Shown: piece after piece, positions 53,260-62,664 of the stretch
Layout of the letters: each line of letters opens with the position of its first letter
Position numbering within the stretch: the stretch's first letter is position 1
From: a virus
Direction: 5' to 3' (one strand)
DNA: 64,000 bases
Virus record (IMG/VR): IMGVR_UViG_3300009151_000034
Coordinates: 85,098-149,097 of that record
Notes under the pieces: model-generated
The model's database searches: none
The model's input: only the letters and a program-made list of their open reading frames with translations
What the model was told of the DNA's origin: nothing
Translations under genes and position numbers: made by a program

Positions 53260-53856
53260 TTAAGGTGTAGCAGAAGAAACGCTACCATTTCCAGGTTCAC
53301 CAGTAGCTATAGGTGCAACAAGTCCATTGGTAGCATAAGGAACCCAATAATCATAAGCAAAAGTTACGCCAAAAGATTGGATTTGGTTTGTAGTATCCCA
53401 GTCCAAATCCATTGGATCAATTTGAACTGGGAATATTCCAACAAAACTATAGTTTTTGATGATTGTTCCATCTTTGCCATATTGAGTGACAAGAGCATCA
53501 GAACTTTTATATGAATTTCCTGCAAGAAGCTTTTGATTCCCTACAAAAGAATTCATTAGATTTGACCAGTTTTCAAACATATCACGAACTAGAAAATCTT
53601 CATCATTCATGACGGTAACTGGCCAATCGTTATAGGTTCTATCACCAAGAAGTTTGATTGTTCTGCCAAAGAAAGGCACTGGAATAGCGTCTACGGTTGC
53701 AGCAGGAATTTGCGAACTTCTGCATGTAAACGTAAATTTACTCAAAGCACCAGCAGTGGCAGCAAAAGGTGTTGCAAGAGTGACTTGGAATAGGGATGGT
53801 CTTGCACCCCCACCCGTAAGACCTTTATTTTTAAAATCACTGATATTAAAAGCCAT
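53260..53856 (-). CDS. gp19: Tail tube protein
   Basis: GGARPSLF, GDRTYNDW..NDEDF. Confidence 0.93.
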   Translation of the reverse strand: MAFNISDFKNKGLTGGGARPSLFQVTLATPFAATAGALSKFTFTCRSSQIPAATVDAIPVPFFGRTIKLLGDRTYNDWPVTVMNDEDFLVRDMFENWSNLMNSFVGNQKLLAGNSYKSSDALVTQYGKDGTIIKNYSFVGIFPVQIDPMDLDWDTTNQIQSFGVTFAYDYWVPYATNGLVAPIATGEPGNGSVSSATP

Positions 53857-53883
53857 TTTTTTTCTCCTATGTTACTTTATTTA

Positions 53884-56403
53884 TTAGAACTGACCAACGA
53901 CTGTCGTGAAATCAACGCCAGTTCTTACAGCAACAAAGTTCAATTGGATGAAGTTAATTGAACGATTTGGTTTAATATAAATGTCACCAACAAATTGATT
54001 CGAATTGATAATTTGGGCAGAATTATTTGTTCCGTCACATACCACTAGGAAGTCAGTAATTCCTCTACGAGCCTGAACATCACGAAGATAAGGAATAATC
54101 ATATTTTTGAATTCGGCTCTTGTAAATTCATCATTGAACTCGAACAATGAACTTTGTGCAGCTTTAGCAATAGCCTTTTCAATAACAATAAACAATCTGC
54201 GAACATTAATACGATCAAATGCCGAAGGCTTAGATGTTGCAGTTTTATCACCAAACAAAACTGTTCCTTGACCTTGCTGTGAAATGACTGGATTAATACG
54301 GTTTGAATAAATTACGTCTCTTGCTGCTTTGTTTGGATTCCAACGTAGCTGAACAACGTTTTTGATACGACCACGATTGAAACCAGCAGGAGACCACCAA
54401 GGATCATTTGTGCTATCAGTTCTTGCACATAGACCAGCAATATCACCATTTAGCGGAACGTAACGGTAAACATCATTATAACGATCATATGTATACTTAT
54501 AGCCAGAGTCAATTACTGCATACGAAGAATCGGTAACAGCACCAGCCCAATTGACTAGAGAAGTAGTTTCATTACCAGGATTGTTTATGACAATATTTTG
54601 ATCTGGTGTTACAAATACTACGCAATCCTTACGAATTTCCGCAATATTTTGAATCAAGTAATTAGCAAGTTGGAAGTTGGTAACGGTTTGACCATTGACG
54701 GTGGTTGATCCCCCAGTTGGTCTACCCTGAAGAATTAACGAAACGTCAAAAGTTTGCTTATCCGCAAAAAAGTTATATCCTGTTGCCAATATTCCTAGAG
54801 GCGCAGTAGATTCAGAATAACCATCTTGACCACCAATAAAATTGACGTTCAATGGCGCATAGTTAGTTGAATTTGTAACAAGAAGTGAATTGGCAGAAGG
54901 TGCATTAACTCTATCATTAGCAAACCAAACATATTTTGAATTGTTATTCAAAACAGTCTTATAATATGTTGATGCATTATCGAAAGTCTGAGCATCAGTT
55001 GCTCTTGAAAGATTTGGGAATATTTCAAGAACCGTATTTGGAATTCCTGAGAACTGACCACCAGCATCCACGACCACAACATGCATTGAGTCAACTGCTG
55101 ATGTATTACCGTAATTTGAAACCCAATAAGAAGTAGCAGGAGCAGTTCCAATTACTGTGGAGAATTCCCATTTTCTTTGAATTGGAACAACTGTGGTAGT
55201 TCCATTTTGTGTGGTGCTTGCAACAAAATTTGTTGACAAACGATATGTATCATAGAAACTGATTGTGGCAACACTAGAAACCGCAGGACTGATTCCAGAA
55301 ACACGAAGTGTCTGAGTTCCGATTGAAGAGTTACCAACCGTCAACAAATCACCAATTGCAACGTTAGCAAGAATTGATGTAAGATAAGTATTTGTTTGTG
55401 TCGTTGCCGTAATCATCGTCAACGTTGCTGTATTTGCGCCAACGGAGATGGTGAATTGTCCAGTGTTTCCTGTTGGAGTGCCGCCACCAGAAAGTTCAAC
55501 AAATATCAAATTTGAGCTATAGGCATTTGCGCTATCACAAACGCTAATACGTAGTGAATTACCCAAAGAACCTGGATATTTTGCTACATAGTTGATACCT
55601 TGATCGAATGATGCAATGGTGTTATATTGTGCAGTATTGAGAATTGTGGCAGCAATCGTATTTGCAGAAGAAATCGTTGCGGTTGATGTTACTAAAATTG
55701 TTCCACTGACGGTGGCTGTTTGACTTAAAGTATATGGTGATGATGTGCCTGAAGCAATCGTTGTTCCTGATGGAATGCCTGGACCTGTGACGGTCTGGCC
55801 AGCAATGATGGTCCCTGATATAACCGCGCCAACGAGAGTCATGGTAGTTCCCGAAATTGTCGCAAAGAATGATGCAGATGAACCACTTGATGTTAGTGTA
55901 ACTGTTCCTGCGACAGTGACCGATTGATTCAACACCCATGAAGTTCCTGAACCGGAAGCAAGTGTCGTTCCTGCTGGAATACCTGGGCCTGTAACAGTAT
56001 GACCAACAACTAAAGCGCCGGATAGAACCGCAACGACAGTCAAAGTTGTTCCTGAAGAAATAGTTGCAGTAAATGTAGCAGCACTACCTATGCCTGATGC
56101 AATAGCAGAAAGTGTTCCCGCGCCAGCAGTTGACGTTGTTGTATTAGCCACACGACAAACATAAAGTGGAGCACCATATGAAAGAAAACTAGCAGCGGTG
56201 TAGAATGTTTCTGGATTTAACGTAGTCGGTTGGAAAAAGGTATTTTTTAAATCATTCTCATTAGAGAGAAGAATTGGCTGGTTAATTGGACCCCAAGGAA
56301 AAACACCTGCTAAAGCACCAACTGAAGCTGAAACATTTGGAACGATAGTAGAAAGATCAACTTCGGTAACATTGACACTAGGACTTAATTGCGGAAAAGC
56401 CAT
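53884..56403 (-). CDS. gp18: Tail sheath protein with N-terminal inserted beta domains
   Basis: SPSVNVTEVD, WWSPAGFNRG, FDRINVRRLF. Confidence 0.95.
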   Translation of the reverse strand: MAFPQLSPSVNVTEVDLSTIVPNVSASVGALAGVFPWGPINQPILLSNENDLKNTFFQPTTLNPETFYTAASFLSYGAPLYVCRVANTTTSTAGAGTLSAIASGIGSAATFTATISSGTTLTVVAVLSGALVVGHTVTGPGIPAGTTLASGSGTSWVLNQSVTVAGTVTLTSSGSSASFFATISGTTMTLVGAVISGTIIAGQTVTGPGIPSGTTIASGTSSPYTLSQTATVSGTILVTSTATISSANTIAATILNTAQYNTIASFDQGINYVAKYPGSLGNSLRISVCDSANAYSSNLIFVELSGGGTPTGNTGQFTISVGANTATLTMITATTQTNTYLTSILANVAIGDLLTVGNSSIGTQTLRVSGISPAVSSVATISFYDTYRLSTNFVASTTQNGTTTVVPIQRKWEFSTVIGTAPATSYWVSNYGNTSAVDSMHVVVVDAGGQFSGIPNTVLEIFPNLSRATDAQTFDNASTYYKTVLNNNSKYVWFANDRVNAPSANSLLVTNSTNYAPLNVNFIGGQDGYSESTAPLGILATGYNFFADKQTFDVSLILQGRPTGGSTTVNGQTVTNFQLANYLIQNIAEIRKDCVVFVTPDQNIVINNPGNETTSLVNWAGAVTDSSYAVIDSGYKYTYDRYNDVYRYVPLNGDIAGLCARTDSTNDPWWSPAGFNRGRIKNVVQLRWNPNKAARDVIYSNRINPVISQQGQGTVLFGDKTATSKPSAFDRINVRRLFIVIEKAIAKAAQSSLFEFNDEFTRAEFKNMIIPYLRDVQARRGITDFLVVCDGTNNSAQIINSNQFVGDIYIKPNRSINFIQLNFVAVRTGVDFTTVVGQF

Positions 56404-56448
56404 TTTTTAATCTCCTTCTTATAGAATACACGGATTTATTTCTTGTAT

Positions 56449-58095
56449 TTATAAAAACCTGTTCTCTACATCGTCTGACATCCAGTTTCTTGATGGTCTT
56501 ATATTATCATCAACGTCATACACACGACCATCATCAAAAAATCCAAAAGGCACCATGTCATTCATAATATCTTCTTCGGTTTTTTCTCTGAGTCTGGCCA
56601 ACGTATTTATGTCCGTAATATCCTTGAAATATGACTGATCTGATAACCAAGCGAAAAGAACTAGACCCATTACCATATCATCATGTGTTCCAGATTCTGC
56701 TTCGTAACTAACACCTTTTCTTGAGAAGGTAGAAAGTTCGCTTATCGTATTGAAATCATTAATAATTAACTGGTTTTGTTCTATGAGCAATTTAAGAATC
56801 GAGCAGCCTACTGACTTAACAGACTTGGTTGTTCTGATGCCTTTGTCTATGCTACCACCAAACCCAGTAGTAATTCTTTTTCCAAGACGACCAGCAGATT
56901 CGGTAAACAAAATATTATCATATTCAAAATCATGATGAAGGGAAGTAGAAACTTGTTCTCCAATATCATTAATTTCAACAAGTGTGGCTGCGTTGTTATA
57001 TGACTTGACAACACGAAAAATAACATCAGCATAGTCGATGGGTGTCACCATATTATTACGATAACAACATACTTGTTCATATGGCATTTTGGTAACATCA
57101 ATGACGCTGAATGCCGAATAATCTAGACCCTTACCTCTAGAAACGTCAACAATACAAACATAGGTATGATTAGGAACAGGATTTTTGAAAAGATATAACC
57201 CATCTTTTTGTGTTAATGGTGTCTGATGAACAAGTTCTTTAAGTTTCCATCCAGCAATAAGTGTTCCCGATGATCCTAGGAATTCGACTTCATATTCTTG
57301 TGCAAACTTTTCGGTATCAAAATTCATTGCGGCAAGAGTATCTTTTTTCCAAACTTCATCGCGTCCTGGAACGTTTTGCCATATTACTTTGATTGGGTTA
57401 TAGTTATTTTTTCCTTCATGTGCGTTCTGCCAAATTTTATAAAAATGGTTTAGTCCGTTAGGCGTTGATACTAGAACAACCTTTGTAGTTTGGCCTGATG
57501 TGATGGTAGGATACACTGAGGTAAAGAATGTGTCCCAATTTTCAATGAATGCGGCCTCATCAATAAACAACAGATTGATTGCAAACCCACGAATGTTGTC
57601 TGATGATGTGGCTGATGCAATAACACGAGAATTATTCTCTAGGACAAATGATCCTTTATTCCATTCAATAACACCTTGCTGTAACCACTTAGGAAGATGC
57701 TGATATGCAAGCTGAATTTTACCAAGAATTTCTCTGGCAGTATCACCCTTGTTAGCAAGTAAAGCCACAACCTTTTCGGAATGAAATAAAATATACCAAA
57801 GAATAAATCCACAGGTTGTTGTCGATTTTCCGGCTTGTCTCGCGGTTCCAATAATTGTGTAACGTTTCTCTGCCATTGAACGTAACATTTCACGTTGATA
57901 ATCATATGGATGAAACGGAATAAGACCACGATCAACGTTGATGATCTTCATGTAAGTCTCAACGAAATATATAACGTCAGTGGAACATTTTATGTATTCT
58001 TGTATCGTTTCAGGTGTCCATTGAACTTCTACACCACTTCTTTTTAAAAGAGGATTTCCAAGATAAGATTTAAAATTTGTAATTAATTCAGACAT
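56449..58095 (-). CDS. gp17: Terminase large subunit
   Basis: RQAGKST, FIDEAAF, STPNG, DVSRG, HDDMVM. Confidence 0.97.
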   Translation of the reverse strand: MSELITNFKSYLGNPLLKRSGVEVQWTPETIQEYIKCSTDVIYFVETYMKIINVDRGLIPFHPYDYQREMLRSMAEKRYTIIGTARQAGKSTTTCGFILWYILFHSEKVVALLANKGDTAREILGKIQLAYQHLPKWLQQGVIEWNKGSFVLENNSRVIASATSSDNIRGFAINLLFIDEAAFIENWDTFFTSVYPTITSGQTTKVVLVSTPNGLNHFYKIWQNAHEGKNNYNPIKVIWQNVPGRDEVWKKDTLAAMNFDTEKFAQEYEVEFLGSSGTLIAGWKLKELVHQTPLTQKDGLYLFKNPVPNHTYVCIVDVSRGKGLDYSAFSVIDVTKMPYEQVCCYRNNMVTPIDYADVIFRVVKSYNNAATLVEINDIGEQVSTSLHHDFEYDNILFTESAGRLGKRITTGFGGSIDKGIRTTKSVKSVGCSILKLLIEQNQLIINDFNTISELSTFSRKGVSYEAESGTHDDMVMGLVLFAWLSDQSYFKDITDINTLARLREKTEEDIMNDMVPFGFFDDGRVYDVDDNIRPSRNWMSDDVENRFL

Positions 58096-59878
58096 ATATT
58101 TTTACACATTCTTTTATGATTTGAATTCTTTTTGCACGGTGCATAGATTCTTTTATTGGCAGTGTCATATTATAAATTAATTTATGGAAGTGTTTATTTC
58201 TTTCTGCTGCACTAGAAACTTGAGAATTTTTATCATTCAATGCCGTTTTATATTGTTCAAGAGTTGCATTAGGATGATTTGCTACTGCTTTACGAACTTC
58301 AATATCTTTATCCTTTAATCCATTATCGAGGTCTTTTTCAGAAGCATTTGGATCACTTGCTGCTGCTATACGTTTTTTTACATCTTCTTCATATTGATCA
58401 CTTTTTGCTTTATGTTCTGGTGTTGCCTTTTTATTATTTACTGCTATCTCACGAACATATTTGTCACCATCTGTTATTGCTTTATCAAGGTTTTCCTTTG
58501 ATGCATTACCATTTCCTGCTGCTGCTTGACGAACATAGGAATGATCATCATTCAAGGCTTTATCTATATGTTCTGATGTAGCATTTTTGTTCAATGCCGC
58601 TTCACGACGAACCCGATCACTTTTATCATTTAATGCTTTATCAAGATGTTCTGATGTAGCATTTGGATGTGATGCCGCTGCTTTACGAACACTAAAGTGT
58701 TCATCATTTAATGCTTTATCAAGATGTTCTTTAGATGCATTTGGGTTTGATGCTGCTGCTTTACGAACTTCATAATCATCGTCATTTAATGCTTTATTAA
58801 GATGTTCTGATGTTGCGTTTGGATGTGATGCTGCTGTTTCACGAATTATTCCTATTTTATCATTTAACGCTTTATCAAGATGTTCTTTAGTTGCATTTTT
58901 GTTTGATACCGCTGCTATACGAACTATTCCACTTTTATCATTTAATGCTTTATCAAGATGTTCTGATGTAGCATTTTTGTTTGATGCCGCTGCTTGTCGA
59001 ACTTCATAATCATCGTCATTCAATGCACGATTTATATGTATTTTGTTGGCATTTGGATGTGATGCTGCTGCTTTTCGAACTTCTTCTTGTTCATCGTCTA
59101 ATGCGTCATGAATATTACCGCTAGTAGCATTTGGGTGAAGAATAGTTTCTTTTTCGTTATCATTATAAACCTCTGGGTGTTTAGTATAAAGCAAACTCCC
59201 ACCTTTATGTTCACCAGAAAGTCTCTTAGCTAAATCTTCTACATGTTGTTTAAACCCTGCATTATCAATACCATAATGCGAATCAACGGCATATGCTGTA
59301 TGGCCTTCATCATTTGTGTGTGGCTGTAATGTGGCCCTTGCAATTTCTTCACCTTTATGGTTGTGGAGATATGCAACAACAGTGCCATGTTTTACTTCAT
59401 GCTCAAGATAATGACGATTCGATCCGGTATTAAAATTTTTACAAGATTGATTTTCCCAGGATTGATTATGTGAAGTCTGGCCAGCAACACCTTCTGGTGA
59501 TCTAGTAATTCTAACACTCAACCCAGTTTGTTTCTTACCTTGTCTTGTATTATCGTTTGCAAACCCATTAATAAGTTTTGGATCGGCTTTTGATTTTGTA
59601 AGCATTCCTCCGATCTTTGTCTTACGTCCATACTTATCATATGTGACACCTGCTCTATAATCATCTGGATGAATTTCATGACCTAGGTGCCGTTCTACTG
59701 CCTTATGGACTTCTGACTTGTCAACGGTTCCAGCAAGTTCCTCATGTTTTTCATCATTACCTTTGCCGAAAAAATGATCGGTGGCTTCTAGAGCTTTTGG
59801 ACCACGAGGCCATTCAGCAACTTGGGCTTTTTCTTCATCGTTAAGTTCTTCTTTGATGAAATTTTTAAATCTAATCAT
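58088..59878 (-). CDS. HEAT/LRV-repeat protein with capsid-targeting-like N-terminus
   Basis: ~11 x 25-aa repeats (HPNATSEHLDKALNDxxxxVRxAAAS); start MIRFKNFIKEE. Confidence 0.8.
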   Translation of the reverse strand: MIRFKNFIKEELNDEEKAQVAEWPRGPKALEATDHFFGKGNDEKHEELAGTVDKSEVHKAVERHLGHEIHPDDYRAGVTYDKYGRKTKIGGMLTKSKADPKLINGFANDNTRQGKKQTGLSVRITRSPEGVAGQTSHNQSWENQSCKNFNTGSNRHYLEHEVKHGTVVAYLHNHKGEEIARATLQPHTNDEGHTAYAVDSHYGIDNAGFKQHVEDLAKRLSGEHKGGSLLYTKHPEVYNDNEKETILHPNATSGNIHDALDDEQEEVRKAAASHPNANKIHINRALNDDDYEVRQAAASNKNATSEHLDKALNDKSGIVRIAAVSNKNATKEHLDKALNDKIGIIRETAASHPNATSEHLNKALNDDDYEVRKAAASNPNASKEHLDKALNDEHFSVRKAAASHPNATSEHLDKALNDKSDRVRREAALNKNATSEHIDKALNDDHSYVRQAAAGNGNASKENLDKAITDGDKYVREIAVNNKKATPEHKAKSDQYEEDVKKRIAAASDPNASEKDLDNGLKDKDIEVRKAVANHPNATLEQYKTALNDKNSQVSSAAERNKHFHKLIYNMTLPIKESMHRAKRIQIIKECVKIYV

Positions 59879-59913
59879 GATAGAATTCTTCCAGTAATTG
59901 TTTTATCAGGTAT

Positions 59914-60318
59914 TTATTTTTTCATGTCTTCGATCATTTTTTGTAGTTCTGCTGTGCTTCCAACGAATAAATTATTAGTTATTTTCTTTTCACCAGTATT
60001 CGTTTCGGAAGCCTTGGTCATTTCTTTGACTTTTTTCTGAATATCTAACATTTTTTCTGATGCATTTGTTACGGTGTCCATAAGTTTTGCTAGGACTTCA
60101 AATGCTCTTGGATTTTGTGATTGATCCGCAATTTGAGCAAGTTTGGCTATTGCGTCAGTGCCGTTTTCAATAACCTCACGAATATTAGCACGAGCAAAAA
60201 TAAAATCTTCCATTGCAGAATCATCATTGACTTTATCAAGAATTGCAGATAAGGCATTTTTATTTGGAGGAATTGGACCTACGCCCAATGCCTTGTTTAG
60301 TGGATCATCATCATTCAT
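59914..60318 (-). CDS. gp16: Terminase small subunit
   Basis: PRAFEV, NNLFVGSTAELQK. Confidence 0.92.
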   Translation of the reverse strand: MNDDDPLNKALGVGPIPPNKNALSAILDKVNDDSAMEDFIFARANIREVIENGTDAIAKLAQIADQSQNPRAFEVLAKLMDTVTNASEKMLDIQKKVKEMTKASETNTGEKKITNNLFVGSTAELQKMIEDMKK

Positions 60319-60320
60319 GT

Positions 60321-61151
60321 TTAACCCTGATCAGTTATTGAAACTACATATCCGTAGTTATTATTTGAGAAAATTTGCGATACAGGAATACTTGCGGCTG
60401 CGTTTGTTGTTGGTTTTCCATTTGCAAGAAGTCCTGGCTGAATATTAATTGCAGAAGTAACACCAGTGTTACCAACCGCATCATCAATATTATCTACACT
60501 GGTTGATCTAAGATTAACATCGATAAACTTAATGATACTGCTGGTGGCTGTTGGACCATAGAAATAACCCTTCATGGTAAATTCTAAGGTCCAGATCAAT
60601 GCACGCCGTTCTTTAAAATCGCCATCATAACTATCTTCCATGTTAACCGAGAGCATCACAAGAGGAACATCCACGGTAGTATCCATTTCAGGAATAAGAT
60701 CGGCAGTCAATGTCCAATCAGGCGTAAAAAATGGAAGAATTTGTTCAATAATTTTATTACCATCCTCGGCATTTTTCACATAGATATAAAGAGCAAATCC
60801 GATGTTATAAGGAACGGCTGTGTATTGGTAAAATTTGCTTCCAGAATTTGATACATTAACGGAAGATTGTCTATTCATGGTTGGTGTCTTACGCATCGGA
60901 TCATACTGAAAACCAGTCATCGTAAATGACATCACTGGTAGTTGAATTGCCGTTTGTTTTGTTACCGTTGGGTCTTCAATAACACGGGCTATCATTTTAT
61001 CTTTTGGTCCGTATGTGATAGGAACCTTAATAAGTTCCGTTTCGGCACCAGAAGAATTTGTCCGTTCGATACGAATATTATCAAATATGTAACCAAACAT
61101 TGTTACATACTTACGAAGAAGCCCGTGATAAAATGGACCTGATAATGCCAT
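60321..61151 (-). CDS. gp15: Tail sheath stabiliser/completion protein
   Basis: VPITYGPK, EQILPFFTP. Confidence 0.92.
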   Translation of the reverse strand: MALSGPFYHGLLRKYVTMFGYIFDNIRIERTNSSGAETELIKVPITYGPKDKMIARVIEDPTVTKQTAIQLPVMSFTMTGFQYDPMRKTPTMNRQSSVNVSNSGSKFYQYTAVPYNIGFALYIYVKNAEDGNKIIEQILPFFTPDWTLTADLIPEMDTTVDVPLVMLSVNMEDSYDGDFKERRALIWTLEFTMKGYFYGPTATSSIIKFIDVNLRSTSVDNIDDAVGNTGVTSAINIQPGLLANGKPTTNAAASIPVSQIFSNNNYGYVVSITDQG

Positions 61152-61870
61152 TATGTTAACTCGCTAAATGGGTTAGTTTCGGTAAAATCTAGGAACGTGT
61201 TGGCATTTGAATCAAAAATATCATTCATTGCGGCATTATCAATATTATTAATATCATATTGTTCTACCGTCAAAATGTTATTATGTTCATCTGTAAGCCA
61301 ATTACTATCTGTATCAAGCAATGCCCAGTCAATAATATTCGTAGAGTAATTGACTTGCAAAATATCGATAGCAGGAATGCCAGTATTAAATTGTTCATTG
61401 CTATATTCGAACAATTCACAGGTCAATTCCCAAGTCTGTAGCGCACCAAACTGATAAAACATTTCAAATTTGTTTACATACTTGATTTGAAAACATTTTA
61501 AATTTAATGGAAAGAAAATAAGATCGCCTTCGTTTGGTCTTTGTTGTGTTGTCTGAATACCAATTTCTTGATTGAATACTCGCTGAGATACTGAGAATAT
61601 TACTTGATCACGAATTTCTACTCCAAATTTGCTCATGAAGTTACCATCGCCAGTAAAACCATCTACTGACTTAATATACATTTCGACCATATAAGCATTA
61701 TTATATTGTGATTGATCATCTTCAGTGAGCAACGAATCATAGTTAGTCAGAACACGAGGAATGTAATAAATGTCATGTCCATATATTCGAATCGATTCAA
61801 TGATCAAATCTTCGAATAGTTCTTGCTCTTTTGACGACTGAAAATTATTGAAGAAGAAATTTGTTGCGAT
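61151..61870 (-). CDS. gp14: Neck protein (apparent ATC start)
   Basis: (M)ATNFFFNNF..EQELFEDLIIESI, RPNEGDLI, CELFEYS. Confidence 0.88.
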   Translation of the reverse strand: MATNFFFNNFQSSKEQELFEDLIIESIRIYGHDIYYIPRVLTNYDSLLTEDDQSQYNNAYMVEMYIKSVDGFTGDGNFMSKFGVEIRDQVIFSVSQRVFNQEIGIQTTQQRPNEGDLIFFPLNLKCFQIKYVNKFEMFYQFGALQTWELTCELFEYSNEQFNTGIPAIDILQVNYSTNIIDWALLDTDSNWLTDEHNNILTVEQYDINNIDNAAMNDIFDSNANTFLDFTETNPFSELT

Positions 61871-61911
61871 GACACTTATCCTTTACTATAATTTGGCATA
61901 GCAGATATAAC

Positions 61912-62652
61912 CTAGCCGATTAGGTCCGTAATTGGCAAACTATAGCTGGAAATCATTTCTTCTTCTAGTTCGTGTCTTTCCGCAACAGCATCGTTATAAA
62001 TTTTTTCGCCATTGAATTGAACACCACCAGGAAGAGTCATACCTATAAATTTGGTAAGATTTTGACCCCATTGTTGTTTAATCAATGTGGATGCGTATCT
62101 TTGAAGCCAACGATCACCCCATACTTTAGGATAAACCGTAGGATCAAGAACCTGATAACATTTTACGATGAGAAATTCCGATGCCGAAATTCTTGACCAA
62201 TCCATATCAATATAAAGTTTATTAATATGGCGATTATAACGGAATGGCTGTTTACCTACTAACATTTCTTCAAGGAACTGGATATGTTGAAGCGCCATGT
62301 AATAAGGGACCATGGATACGGAAGTCAAAGTATACAAATCATTCAAGGCGATCTGGTAACGAATATTGAATAGGTTGTTAGTATTAAGACCCTGACCGAT
62401 AGGAAAGATATCAACAGCACCAATAATATTATCTGGAAGCGTAATGTATTGATTTGTAATATCCTGGGAAGTAATTTGATATTTGTAATAAGTGTCTTGT
62501 GTTCCATCAAAGTGATAGTCAGCATAATATAACAATGCTTCATCGATACGATCATCAACTTGATCTGGGTCAACATTGATTTCAATTACTGGTGCGCCAA
62601 GACGACGTAAACAATATTGGGCGAATTGTGCTCTTGTTGTTGGAACTGCCAT
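61912..62652 (-). CDS. gp13: Neck protein
   Basis: LRRLGAPVIEINV, KQQWGQNL, LPGG. Confidence 0.93.
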   Translation of the reverse strand: MAVPTTRAQFAQYCLRRLGAPVIEINVDPDQVDDRIDEALLYYADYHFDGTQDTYYKYQITSQDITNQYITLPDNIIGAVDIFPIGQGLNTNNLFNIRYQIALNDLYTLTSVSMVPYYMALQHIQFLEEMLVGKQPFRYNRHINKLYIDMDWSRISASEFLIVKCYQVLDPTVYPKVWGDRWLQRYASTLIKQQWGQNLTKFIGMTLPGGVQFNGEKIYNDAVAERHELEEEMISSYSLPITDLIG

Positions 62653-62664
62653 TTTTTTATTCCT

